DNA of 64,000 nucleotides, taken from the NCBI GenBank assembly GCA_951406725.2, contig OX597814.1, positions 141,546,001 through 141,610,000 on the forward strand, written 5' to 3'. The stretch is from Octopus vulgaris (Eukaryota). Position numbers and translations under genes: made by a program. The notes below the pieces were generated by a model. The model worked only from the letters and a program-made list of their open reading frames with translations. It made no database searches and had not been told where the DNA came from. Shown piece by piece: positions 37,169 to 50,265 of the stretch. Numbering within the stretch: position 1 is the first letter of the stretch; the number at the start of each line of letters is the position of its first letter.

Positions 37169-37449
37169 GAGTGAGAGAGCAGTGCATGCCATCAAAGTGA
37201 CACTCGGGTAAAATATACGAAGTCCAGTATACCCATAATGACTACCCGTCTGATAAGGGTCCTTCAGGCACATGCATCACAACCATATGTGCACGACATG
37301 GTGATCTCATATCAAGACAAACAGTGCATGACCTTGCAGGTGGGGCCCAGTTAGAATTTTCTTCTGGTCGAGTAACCCTGAATAAGGGTTGTTTAAGGAT
37401 TTTGAACAAAACACCCATGTTTCCAGAGGTGAATTATTCAAACTCCAAA
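37168..37449 (-). mobile_element. Repeat 'X', copy 4 (small internal deletion; truncated at a SINE C tail)
   Basis: Same sequence; (ATT)n at its 3' end only. Confidence 0.9.
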
Positions 37450-37489
37450 TTTAGCGGTCGGCAATTCTATATGCAGCCGAACTCAGCTA

Positions 37490-37645
37490 TTACGTTCTGT
37501 GTCACGCTGAATCCCACTGAGTACTACGTTAAGGGCACGCGTGTCTGTGGAGTGCTCAGTCACTTTCACGTTAATTTCACGAGCAGGATGCTCCGTTCAT
37601 CGAACCCACTGGAATTCTCGTCGTTTTAACCGAAGGAGTGCCAGT
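37490..37645 (+). mobile_element. SINE family C 3' part
   Basis: CTACGTTAAGGGCACGCGTGTCTGTGGAG..GGAGTGCCAG is the reverse-complement homologue of 31954-32100. Confidence 0.82.
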
Positions 37646-38625
37646 TTTTATTCACATTCTATTTTTTTTAATTCTGTCTCTATAAGTCACCTAAGTACTG
37701 GAGTATTGGTTTGACTAACTTCACTAACGAAGATAAATAATTCTAGGTATTAGTCTACTTCTAAAGTTCACACTCACTCCCTCCTGCATTCCAAATTGAT
37801 AGCACAACACACTGAAGAATTATTAAATTCATTTCCGGACACTTCGAGATTTTTTCTCTTTCTCTCTGTCTGTCTCTCTCTCTGTTTCTCTCGTGCTTTT
37901 TTCCTTCATTAATCAATTAATTAATTAACACTAGTAGCTAGAATTTAGCAGTATTTAGCTAGCTTCAAATAAGTGAGAAAAAAAACTAAAAATAACATAA
38001 AACAACAAAACCACTCCCGCAAACACTGGCGCCACCGCAACCGCCACCACTACTAAAAACAATAACAAATTAAATGAGTCAACGAGGAAACTATGACAAC
38101 GAGTCATTTAAAACATCCTTAAATCTTCAGTTGTGAAATCTCTGATTTTCTTAAACATATGAACAACATATTGCTTAAGACCACCAACGAAAAATATCCG
38201 GAATTGTACTAGAATACTACCAATGACCTGATTCACTTTTAAATGCTATTAATTCATTTAAATCACGATGCTGTCTCCCTTGCTATTTTTTTTTACCAAA
38301 ATTAATCATCAATATATATTCTTCCTCATTACCAATGTGATTTTAATTAACTATTTTGGTTCCATCACCTCATGATCCTACCCACTTTGCAATTTGCTGT
38401 GTAGGTGTGTGTCATCTAGTTTTACTAATTTGAAGTCTTCCTGCACGGGCGAAGCTGGTTTCTAACAAAGATACAAAATCCCATTGATAGAATGTAGAAT
38501 TCAAAAACAATATTACATGCTGAACTTCAGATAAATTTCGCATATTTTTACTGTTCTGCGTACAGGTTGTATTTCTAACGTGCATGTTTCTGAAAACCGT
38601 AGCTTTTCTAGATTATCACCGAGAC

Positions 38626-38669
<44 letters not shown>

Positions 38670-41006
38670 ATATGTTTGCACCATCTTAGTTCTAGTGATA
38701 AACTGTTTCACAGATGAGTTCTCATAATACTGAAACATAACCGTAGTCCAGTTTAATACCACTACCTGGCATCTGGAGCAGCATTAGGGACGGCCACCCT
38801 GTCGCAAGCTTTTATGCCAGTTTTATGGTTTGAAGAAATAGTCTTCACTCCCCTCCCACCTGTCTTGGAGGCCCTGTAATGAGTTATGGGTGCTACTTTA
38901 CACCTGACTAAAAGTTAACATAAAACATATATTCCGGGTTTTTGTTGACCTGAGTTAATCATTAAGATTGAAGACATTTTTCTCCGTATTATGGGTGTAA
39001 TTTAATTAAAGTATCTAGGCTTATTACATTTTCTGTGTTAGCGCCAACCTTACTATTTGCTTTTCATGCAGCAGGCATCGCCAGGTATTCCCCCGCCGCA
39101 GTCATTCTTCTAACTCACGGATCAGTAACTTCTCTTTTGTAATGGTCCACTTTCTATTATTTATCTTATACCTGTCTGTGGTACACTTGCATTTTATATC
39201 ATACCTTCTGTAGACAAATATCCTTGTGTATCTACCCTGCTTTATTTCAATCACTGGCAATGTTTATACAAGTAAAAGCATTAAGCAAATCGTGTCACAA
39301 AACAGTTTAAAAACTATTAATAGCCATACGGTTCACAAATACATTGAATTTGGAAACATTTTAGAAAAAGTCCGAGGCTCTCATAGAACACCTCAGTAGT
39401 ACAATTGTGGATCGCCGACTCTGGTCAAATGACACCGCATTGTTATAAACAGCAGTCAAATACTTTGTTTTGATCATTTAAATGCCATGGACTACTTAAA
39501 AAGATCTGACAGTATAAGTACTATGATAAGAGCTGGATCACAGAGGCGGTAACAGATTCTGTAGAATGCACGGCAAAATTGTCTAAGGGTATTTATTTAT
39601 ATCTTATGTCTAGAGTCGAAATCATACTGCCGTCAACATCATTTCTTATCCACTAGGAAATTAATTAATTAAATATAATAACATACTTCGTCTGTTTCTA
39701 GCTTGTAGGTAGTGGTGAATAGTAAATATCACAAGAGCGACGAATAAAATGCCTCTACATTTCGAGTTCAAATCGCGTTCAGGTCAACCTTGATTTTCAT
39801 CCTTCTCTTTTTGATTTTTGCTTGTGTAACTACTTCGTGCCAGCTATATCTGTTTTATGCTTTCTTTGGACAGTTCTTGTGATGAAAAGAAGTTCCTAGA
39901 CTCTGATTTATGTCTTGTCTTGAGTGTATCGACGTGTTTTTTTTTTCAGTCTCTAGCCAACGACATGATGCTTAAGTGAAAACTTTCTATTACTGTGTAG
40001 TGGGAGAGTATCAGAGAGTAATCTACCGTCACTAATATGTCATGTGAGTAAGAGCATACTTCTCGAACTGTGTAGTACGAGAAAATGAATATCTTTCGGA
40101 GAACAGGGAGCTCTATAAGGAGTCAGACATACGTCAGAAAGTGAGTGTGAGAGAGAAAAAGAGAGAGAGAGAGAGAGGGAAGAATAAATTCCAGCATCTT
40201 AGTGGGTCTTTATTGACCCTGGGGGGATAAAAAAAATTAAGTTAGCCTCGATGGAATTTTAACTCAGGACACAAGACGCCGGAACAGTTATTAACATGAC
40301 ATTTATATTACCCTGTTAATCACCACTCCTGTTATCTTGAAAACTGAAACTGCATAGGGAGTGGGTGTAAAATGAATACGCGGGGTAAACTTAGAAATAG
40401 TTGATTTCTTGCTATTTTTCCCTACCTGTTTGCAACCATTATATCAAAAAATATTGCACCATCGTTTTGTACAGTTTGCGTCAGCTTCGAGAGTTAAAAC
40501 TAATTTGTTGTTGGAGTTAGGAGACCTTCAAATAAAAATCAGCTGACAGCTTCTTTTTTCAAGAAATATTTCCTCAGCTTTGACCCGACTGTAATTGAGG
40601 TTGCTAATATAATTTTATATTATAAAAGAGATTATCTCCGTCTTTCTGTCCATTACAGCATCTATTAGACAGTGGGAAGAAGGGGAGGAATCAAAAGAGG
40701 AGATAACCTTTATCTCAACGTATATTTAGAAGAAAGGAAGGAGAAAAAGCTGAGGTTGAGAGAGAGGGATACAGATAAACAGATAGATAACTTACAACTT
40801 TTGATTAAAAACGCGGGAATTTTAAGTGCAAGTCTGTCCACACAACGCAACACTGTTCATAAATCATTATTTCTACCAGATAGGAAAGTTGAACTTTGAA
40901 ATTTTATGCTTCCTTTTTCTTCTTTTTCTACATCTCCTTTTTCCTTTACTCCTGTCCTCTATGTCATCATTTCATTAATTTATACCCTTCTTATTTTCCC
41001 TATTTA

Positions 41007-41059
41007 TCTCCGATGACGGAATATTCCATACTCTGGGATATCGAGAAACAGCTGTAAGA
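41007..41059 (+). ncRNA. Type-I hammerhead motif with C at position 4
   Basis: UCU CCGAUGA cgga AUAUUCCA uacuc UGGGAUAU cga GAAA CAGCUG U A AGA. Confidence 0.62.
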
Positions 41060-41596
41060 CTTTGAATTTTCTTTCTAATAATAATAATGTATATGACTTG
41101 AGATGTTTGCTTTGTCTTAACGAAAATAGCTTGTGTTGAGTTTTTAGATTTAGTCGAATTTCGTTAATAACAAGTGCCATTTTTCCATGATCCTCTTTCA
41201 TTTGACCTTAGTATTTCAAGTTTTTGTTGTATTTCTAATCCTTCTGATGGTCGAGGATGGGATACTGATATGTAGGAGTCTTCTGTCAATTACAATTCTA
41301 GAGAATTGGAGAAACAAACTTATTTTGTTTTACTCATTTTGTCCTGCCTACATTTGTCTTTTTGTGTGTACAAAGAGAACGGGAAATAGTGTTCTGAATA
41401 TGTTATATTGTTTTTAATGCATTTAGTGAAGGTCATTTGCTTTACTCATGTAGTTTTTGTAGGGTAAAACATTTGTAAGAGTACATTTTTTCCTCTCACA
41501 GTAAAAATTGCAGTAAATATTATTTATTGTGCCCTACCCACAATATTATTAGTTATTGTTATATTTGGAGATGATCATTATTATTATTATTATTAT

Positions 41597-42152
41597 TGAG
41601 TGAGAGAGCAGTGTATGCCATCAAAATGACACTGGGGTACAAATATACGAAGCCCAGTATGCCCATCATGACTTCCCGTCTGATAAGGGTACACCAGGCA
41701 CATGCATCACAACTATATGTGCGCGACATGGTGATCTCATATCAAGATAAACAGCACATGACCTTGCAGGTGGGGCTCAGTTAAAATTTTCTTCTGCTCA
41801 AGTAACCCATCCCGCTCAAAAGGTCCCTGAATAAGGGTTGTTTAAGGATTTTGAACGAAACACCCATGTTTCCAGAGGTGAATTATTCAAATCCCAAAGA
41901 ATCCCTCTCAACACACGGCTATGATACTCCCCCCTTACTTCTGCTCGTGATCAGAGATACACATATCGTCAACCACTAAGGGACATCCTCAACTGGTTAC
42001 GGTCAAACGACTGACAAGCAAATATGTGGTACTGAGCAGAATATTTGCTGTGGCCCATCTTTTATACCAAGAAAAAACAGTGCACATGATAACACTTCCA
42101 ATCAGTTAAGATCAGAAGCCATGAGAGCCACTGCCTGGTACTGCATCAGGGC

Positions 42153-42155
<3 letters not shown>
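41597..42155 (-). mobile_element. Repeat 'X', copy 5 (longest, 559 bp)
   Basis: Extends ~55 bp further 5' than copy 3; (ATT)n both sides. Confidence 0.92.
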
Positions 42156-42222
<67 letters not shown>

Positions 42223-42535
42223 TTGCCAAATAAACACACGCACTATATATTCGTTCTTCGGTTCAATTTTAATATTGTCCTTATGTTACTGTCTCTTTTC
42301 TGGAAATCTTTCGCCACCCATCCTTTGATCTCTTCAGCGACTCTTCATCTCACATGGCTCCTCCTGTTCTGTTTAGTCCGACTCTAAATTAAGAACAATA
42401 ATAAAACAGAAGTGAAGAACGAATATAGTGCAAAAAGAAAAAGAAACAATAAAACCCCATTCCGAAATATAAGAATATCGGTTTCAACACACGATTTCAC
42501 ATCAAGAATTTGCAACACAAACACATAAACGTGTA
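42223..42535. mobile_element. Rearranged Penelope pLTR-like fragment related to 59140-59370, with decayed hammerhead (42298-42342, minus)
   Basis: ACACACGCACTATATATT is the reverse complement of 59247-59264; CCATTCCGAAATATA..TTTCAACACACGA matches 59291-59329; minus CUGAAGAG..CGAAAGAUUUC. Confidence 0.7.
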
Positions 42536-42549
42536 TGTATGTATGCATT

Positions 42550-42601
<52 letters not shown>

Positions 42602-42682
42602 TACCGGAGTAAGCATATAAATGTGAAACAAGGTAGAAAAAGAGTACTCAAATACCAGGAGTAGAGTAATATGCTTTGTATG

Positions 42683-42730
42683 CCCGTTCGTCGAACAGTT
42701 TTGTTTCTACAAAACTGTCCGACGAACGGG
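42683..42730. other. Near-perfect 22-bp-stem hairpin in a (TA)n-flanked island (42603-42792)
   Basis: CCCGTTCGTCG a ACAGTTTTGT ttct ACAAAACTGT c CGACGAACGGG. Confidence 0.85.
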
Positions 42731-42841
42731 AACGTTAAACTCTGAGTAACAGCTTTTGTTATATTTCTGCTGCTTTTAAATAAAGCATATATATAAACTT
42801 ACACATATATATATATTCACACACATTTATACGCACACATT

Positions 42842-42874
<33 letters not shown>

Positions 42875-43003
42875 CGTATATATATATATATATATTCTTG
42901 AGCCCTAGTACTGATAGGGCCAGTTACTCGCCTTTCCATCGTGTATAAGTGACCGAGATCACAACATTCCCCTGAACGGGGTGACGGTCCATTGCAGGTT
43001 TCA

Positions 43004-43203
43004 AGGCAAACAGTTTTGAGAGGAGGGGAGAAGTCGATTACATCGACCTTCGTACTTGACTACTACTTGATCTTATCGACCTCCAAAGGAGGATGTAAAG
43101 CAGAGTGCACTTCGGCGGTATTTGAACTCAGACCATAAAGAACCTGAAGAAATGCACCAAAGCATTTTGATCGACGCACTAACAATTCTACCACCCTCGC
43201 CGC
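43004..43203 (-). mobile_element. SINE family B copy
   Basis: GTCGATTACATCGACC..TTTGAACTCAGA. Confidence 0.78.
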
Positions 43204-43496
43204 ATTACTGTCACTATATCTTGTCAATAGAATAAGTTATCACTTATGTCAATATGAACCCCTTTCCCTGACTGTCTCCACGTTTATACTTATGTTTCAG
43301 AGCAGGACTCTGAACTTCACATTGAGTCACTTTGCAAGTCCGCGGAGAATTGACACAGAAATATGTGTTGGGATTGTTATGTCGAGAAGTGTCACTTATG
43401 ATTGACTAGCGTCCCATTGTGAACGGGAAATCGGAACAGGGCGTTAGCCATACCCTCTTCATCACCATCATTATCATCATTGTTATAATGATGCGA

Positions 43497-44010
43497 TGAA
43501 GGCGCATGACCTAGTTATTAAGGCGTTGTACTGACGAGCGTAAGATCGTGGTTTTGATTCCCAGACCGGCGGTGCATTGAATATCACTTTACATTCTGGG
43601 TTCAAATCGCATCGAGGCTAACCTCTATTTTCATACACCTCTCTTTTTGACTTTTGCTTTTGTAACTGTTTCGTGGCGGCCATACCTATAGTTTATTTTC
43701 TTTTTTTTTGTAGTCAGTTCTTATGACATGCTTGATGGAATGAGCAAAACATTTATTTCCCGTTGCTTCAGTCTGCTTGGTTGTAAATGAGTTCAGGACC
43801 GGTGTGCTTAGGTCCGGCGCCCCGTTCAGAGCTGGTGTCCCGTTCAGTGGTGACGCGGCCTGTTGTAATCTTATTCACTTTATTCTTAACGAAGAAGTTA
43901 ACCCTACGACGGACCCGCATTCCGTTCAGCGGAGAGCGCGGTGTGTTGTAATCTTAGTCCCTTTCTGTGCCATGTAAACCGGGTTGAGTTCCGGCTTTAT
44001 GAGTCCTGTG
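43497..44010 (+). mobile_element. tRNA SINE (C/D-like) with an internal insertion and duplicated central domain
   Basis: Head GGCGCATGACCTAGTTATTAAGG..TTTTGATTCCC; CCGTTCAG..GCGG..TGTTGTAATCTTA occurs twice (43840, 43922). Confidence 0.65.
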
Positions 44011-44351
44011 GTTAATGATACATTTAAATCTAGTCTAAATTAAGTCTATAATGATGTGATCTTACGTAATCACTTGGTCTGCTACAAATAGCAGTCAAAT
44101 CTTCTTCAGCACTGTTTTTAAAAAGAAAATGTAAGTGGGGTACAAAGGAGATACTAAGTCTTAGTTTCTCCTCCAAAAGAGTATGTTAGTCCAACCCATC
44201 GGAGTTGACCGGGAACTAAGTAACACCACCGCCACCACCACTACCACCACCACCACCACCACCATCACCACAGTCATCCTCATAATTGTCATCGTAGCCA
44301 CTCTCATCTCCATTGCTACCGTCATCATTATTAGCATTCTCAATAAAACAG

Positions 44352-44758
44352 TGAAGTGGCAGAATCGTTAACCTCCGAGCAAAATGCTTAGCGGTATTTC
44401 GTCCGTCTTTATGTTTTGAGTTCAAATTCCGCTGAAGTCGACTTTGTCTTTTATCCTTTCACAATCCATATAAGTACCAACTGAGCACTGGAGTCGATGT
44501 AATCAACTTACCCCTCCCCCGAAATTGCTGGCCTTGTACCAAAATTTGAAACCATTATTATCATTCTCAATAAGGCAGTGAGCTGGCAGAATCATTTGCG
44601 CGCCGCACAAGATGCTAAGCGGCATTTCGTTCATCTTAACGTTCTGAGTTCAAACTCCGTCGTGATCGCATTTGTCTTTCATCTTTTCGGTGGCGATGAA
44701 ATAAATACCAGTTGCGCACTGCGGTCGATATAAATGACTTACCCCTTTCCCCTAAAAT
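44352..44758 (+). mobile_element. Two tandem SINE family B copies
   Basis: TGGCAGAATC..TGAGTTCAAA..GTCGAT repeated at 44357 and 44584. Confidence 0.88.
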
Positions 44759-45039
44759 TAAAATTATAATAAAATGGATGATCATTCTCAGTATCATTTT
44801 ATGCAATATCGATATCAACATGAAAACAACATTTTAAAACAATTTGTAAATATATTTTTCTTAAATTCGGGATAAAGACATTCTCAAACAGTGATAATCG
44901 GGATAGCTATGGTTTATACCTTATAATACTTACCACACACGTTGAATAATCTACGTTATTATATGTTCTTTATCAGTTTGTCAGTTTAATTTAACCTCCT
45001 TTTCCAGTCGGATATTGCGCAATAAACTTACTGTGTATG

Positions 45040-45535
<496 letters not shown>

Positions 45536-46157
45536 AAAGCGTATCATAAACGGATATTGAGTGAAATGTATCAATAATGTAAAAACAATTTGAAGGAAAT
45601 GTTGACTGACGGTATATATGAAATGTTTAATAATAAATAATGAAGTATAACATAAAATATCAGACAAATTCCTGATTTATTGAAATTGTTTTCGCTTCTA
45701 GAGAAGATAGAATAATCGTTTGGTGCTAACTCGGACCAACTCCAAATGAAAAAGGAACAATTTTAGGAGTCAAAAATTCTCCAAGTTTGAGAGGTCATCA
45801 AGGAAAAAAAATGTCTGATTACCAGGAAACAGGAAATCAGCGGTGCGCACGTGTTTCTACCACAATTGGCGTCATCAATACAGCAGTAGCTCCCGCCTTA
45901 TCGCCAGCAGAATTAGATGCTTAGACGTATGCAAAAAAAAAAATTAAAATGCGGAGAGCTGAGTTAGAGGTAAGCAGCACCAGCTGCTGTGACCATATTT
46001 CGGTTGTTTTAAAGTTACCGGTAGTCACTGTGACATAGTAGTATAAAGGACATTATATTCGGTTTTCTCTTCTAGGTTCTACTTTCAAATTCCTTTTGGT
46101 TCAACAAAATAAGTACCGGTTGAGGCTGATCCTGTCACGCATAACCTCTACAAACTT

Positions 46158-47799
46158 TACCAGGGTGGGCTGAAAAGTTCATCGGCATGATGCTACGGCT
46201 GTGAAATCTTGCATCCATTGATTCTAAACTGACATCTGACAGTTCAAAGAAGACTTCATAAATAATTAGTAGCCACTTCTCTTGAAAATAGACAAAATTT
46301 GGCATCATGGTATTATCAAGTACCTGCAAAAAAAGGGTTTAGCCCTCAAGGACATTCATGCTGACACGGTTGCTATAATTAGGGGATATAACGCTCATGC
46401 TATATCAACAGCAAATGTAAGTAGTTGAATTTAAGATAGTAAGGGTGGGTCTTGAAGGTTACCCAAGGTCTGGACGTCCTACAACTGCTACAACCGAGGA
46501 AAACATTGATCGCGTTCGCCGCATCATAATGGAGGACAGGCGAATGACCATAAATCAAATAGCCAATGATATAAGCGTACCTTGAGGAGAGAGTTGAGAA
46601 TATTCTACACAATGAGCTTGGCATGACGAAGGTTTTTACTCGGTGGGTTCTATATCTGCCACTTGATCAAAACTGCACCAGGCTGATTACGACTGGGGAA
46701 AATATTTGAGGCAAATTCACCTGGCTTCCTTGAACGTTTCCTCGCCCAGGATGAGTGGTGAGTTGATCATTTTGAGCCAGAGACAAAAAGACAATCCATG
46801 CTGTGGAAACACATTCTCCTCACTTGCTCCAAAGAAGGCCAGGGTCATTTTATCCGCAGGGAAGGTGATGGCCTGAATTTCTAAGGATGCAAAAGGTATT
46901 GTGCTAATTGACCATAGTCGAAAGGGTCACATCATCAATGGAGAGTACTATGCCAACTTGCTAAGGTAGTTAAGTAAGGCTATCAAGACTAGACGCTCAG
47001 GAAAACTGACGAAAGTGGTTTTGTTTCATCAGGACAATGCTCCAGCACACAAGTCCTTCATTTCAGTGGCTGCCGTGGCTTTGAACTGGTTGATCACTCT
47101 CCATATTCTCCTGATTTGACCCTCACCTATCATCTCTTTTACTCTTTTACATGTTTCAGTCATTTGACTGTGGCCATGCTGGAGCACCGCTTTAGTCGAG
47201 CAAATCGACCCCGGGACTTATTCTTTGTAAGCCTAGTACTTATTTTTTCGGGCTCTTTTGCCGAACCGCTAAGTTACTGGGACGTAAACACACCAGCATC
47301 GGTTGTCAAGCGATGTTGGGGGGACAAACACAGACACACAAACATATACACACACACATACACATATATACGACGGGCTTCTTTCAGTTTCCGTCTACCA
47401 AATCCACTCACAAGGCTTTGGTCGGCCCGAAGCTATAGTAGAAGACATTTGCCCAAGGTGCCACGCAGTGGGACTGAACCCGGAACCATATGGCTGGTAA
47501 ACAAGCTACTTACCCCACAGTCACTCCTACGCCTACGCCTACATGTTTACCAACATGAATAAGACACTTGATTGGGAACCAGTATCGCATTGATGATGAT
47601 GTCATGTATGCTTGTTGATGTCTTTCCCGAGCAACAAGATGAAAGCCTCTTCATCAATGGGATACAAGCACTGCAACACTTATGGAAATAATGTGTGAAT
47701 CGCAAGAGAGTCCCTTTCGAAAACTAAGCTTTATTAGGTCACACTCGAGGAGAGTATGTTGGTCAGCCTAAGAATTTTTCATGGATTAGTTCCGTGTAT
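46158..47799 (+). mobile_element. mariner (DD34D-type) transposon fossil, interrupted by a SINE
   Basis: TIR-like TACCAGGGTGGGCTGAAAAGTTC / GGTCAGCCTAAGAATTTTTCA; frames give RSGRPTTATTEENIDRV, RWV, FEPETKRQSM, SAGKVMA, FHQDNAPAH, HSPYSPDL. Confidence 0.93.
47133..47535 (-). mobile_element. SINE family A, full length, nested in mariner
   Basis: Best-preserved A copy; interrupts the transposase just after YSPDL. Confidence 0.93.
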
Positions 47800-48292
47800 T
47801 TGATGAAAGAAATCTATTATACTATAATACTCAGATTGTTTTCCATAAAAAAAATGATTAAAAACAAACTTCCTAACGTCATCCTACGATAAAGCCACTG
47901 TTTCAAAGACCTCATGTAGAGAGTTCGGTGGGAGTCGCCCCTTTATGCTCGAAGTTGACTGAGTGCAAACTTTAAATAGTAACCTAGTTTTAATACACTG
48001 TAATAATTAAGAGATTTAGATAAACAAAACTGATTCCAGCTGCTAAGGAGAAAACTGAACTAATTTATTTGGCTGTGGTACTCGTTTAACAATTGACTTG
48101 GTTTCAGATAGACCGCTGAAACTGTAGTCACTGTATCATAGGAAACCCATTCTCGCAATTTAATAAATTCACAAGTGTTACAGATGAAGTCATTCGTTTT
48201 TTTTGTTGTTTTTTTTTCTGCTTCACACTCACACGATCGTCATACTCGTATGTCTAAAAAGAGGTAAAATCTATTCAAATTTTTTAAAAAAT

Positions 48293-49268
48293 AGGTGCAG
48301 GCGTGGCTGTATCCTCAGAAATTTTGCTTCCCAACCACATAATTCCAGGTTCAGTCCCACAACGTAGCACCTTTGGCAAATGCATATTGCTACAAGTTGA
48401 CCAAAGCCTTGCGAGTAGATTTGGTAGACGGAAACTAAAAAGACTGTTGTGTGTGTGTGTGTGTACCTTTGTGTCTGTGTTTGTCCCCCACCACCTCTTG
48501 ATAACTGGGGGTTGGCGTGTTTAGGTCCCCGTAAATTAGTGATTCGGCAAATGATATCGAATAAGGGATTTGAAAAATGATTTTTTGTAACTAAGCACTT
48601 TCAAACTTCGGACACTGGTAGAATGTGTTCATATAAAACATCTTTTACTCTTAGCATTTTTGAGAAAAGCTTATATTTACGAAGTTATTTCACGTTAAAC
48701 TTCTCGTATTTCGGTAATTTCAACCAATCAATGACGTATATTCAGCTGAATAAAATTACTGCTGTTGTTTGTCAACAAGAACTTTCGGAGGTGTATATTT
48801 CGTTTGTCACTGTTATTTATGATAACACTAACCCTAAAACCCTAACCCTAACCCTAAAACCTTAAAATCAGTACAAAGGCACGAACGATGTCATAAATAA
48901 CAGTGACAAACGCCGATAGTTGTTGTTGACAAACAACGGCAGTAATTTTATTCAGCTGAATACACGTCATTGATTGGTTGAAATTACCGAAATACGAGAA
49001 GTTTAACGTGAAATAACTTCGTAAATATAAGTTTTTTTTCTCAAAAATGCTAAGAGTAAAAGATGTTTTATATGATACATTCTACTTTCGAAGTTTGAAA
49101 GTGTTTAGATACAAAAAATTATTTTTTAAATCTGTAGATCAAAAGGTAAAGATCCCGAATAAGTACTAGGCTTTAAAAAAAAAACTGAGGTCTATTCGTT
49201 TGACAAAAAATCCTTCGAGGTGGTGCTCCAGCATGGCCGCAATCTAATGACTGAAACAAGCAAGAACA
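48293..49268 (+). mobile_element. SINE family A split by a MITE
   Basis: Head/body 48293-48564; tail resumes 49157-49268 (GGTGCTCCAGCATGGCCGC..GACTGAAACAAG). Confidence 0.88.
48565..49156. mobile_element. Fold-back MITE with ~250-bp TIRs, central (TAACCC)-type repeats and 6-bp TSD
   Basis: Arms 48565-48822 and 48891-49156 are reverse complements; termini GGGAT/ATCCC; GAATAA at 48559-48564 and 49157-49162. Confidence 0.92.
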
Positions 49269-49397
49269 GGGCTACACAAATCCATAAATCACTAATGAAA
49301 AATATCTTTCGTGTTAATTCGAATAACACTGGAAAGGATTAAAATAAAATGGAAAACAAGGGGAATGAAAAACGAACGAATTTATCTGGCAACCCAA

Positions 49398-49578
49398 TTA
49401 GCGGCATTTCGTCCGTCCGTTCCGAGTTGAAATACCACCGAAGTTAACTTTGCTTATCATCCTTTTGGTGTCGATAGAATATGTACCAGTTCAGCACTGA
49501 CGTCGATGTAATCAACTTATCCCCCACCCCCACCCCGTTCACCCCTAAAATTGCTGGTCTTGTGCCAAAATTTGAAAC
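49398..49578 (+). mobile_element. SINE family B fragment
   Basis: TTAGCGGCATTTCGTCCGTC..GTCGATGTAATC..TGTGCCAAAATTTGAAAC. Confidence 0.8.
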
Positions 49579-49695
49579 TGATATGAGTGGAATGCTCATT
49601 TTTAGGATAAGAATTCTATGATCCTATGTTCTTTCTTAGTTATTCTTTCAATAATAGAATAATTATTCCTGAACTTAGATAATATATGGCTGGAA

Positions 49696-50010
49696 ATTTG
49701 ACCAACGATGAACGAAAGTGGATCATAAAGCAGTTCTAGAAAACAGAGAATGCAGAAATGGACCGAAGAATTTCAAAGACCGGCTCCGTCAAGATAAACA
49801 GTTTACAGAATATGTAACAAATCTAAGCAAACTGGGTCCATTTGCAAAGCACAGAAAAATGGTCGATCAATCAGTGTTACCATTAAACAACATAAAATGC
49901 TTGTGGTTCAAACATTCACTCAAAGTTCCCAGAAATCAAAAAAGAGGGCTTCCAATGAACTAGGCATCTCCTGCAGGTCCTTTCGTCGACTTATGAATCG
50001 CTTAGAAATA
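49696..50010 (+). pseudogene. Tc1-like transposase N-terminal (HTH) fragment
   Basis: MAGNLTNDERKWIIKQF..PAPSR*TVYRICNK..TGSI..GRS..KRASNELGIS across a frameshift. Confidence 0.7.
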
Positions 50011-50265
50011 GAGAAATGAAAAGAACATTACACCTATATTAAGTAACAGTATACCTACTTTCACCGACACCTATAATGAGGTGTCAAAATCTGATGAAAT
50101 AATTTATGGCTTTACCAGTTTTTGTTTGTTACTAAATGTCGATAATGGTTCTCCTACGATGTAATTGCAAACTAATTAGTGCACTTAATTTAATAATTAT
50201 ATTTAAATGTACTATTTAGTTTTCCAGACGGTCTTCACGTTTTAATATCTCAGTAAATTATTTAA

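Noticed and set aside
42095-42155. Ribozyme or U2-like head at the 5' end of element X (CTGATGC; CCTGGTACTGCA)
   Set aside because: No GAAA partner, no convincing HDV fold, and the snRNA resemblance is only ~12 nt
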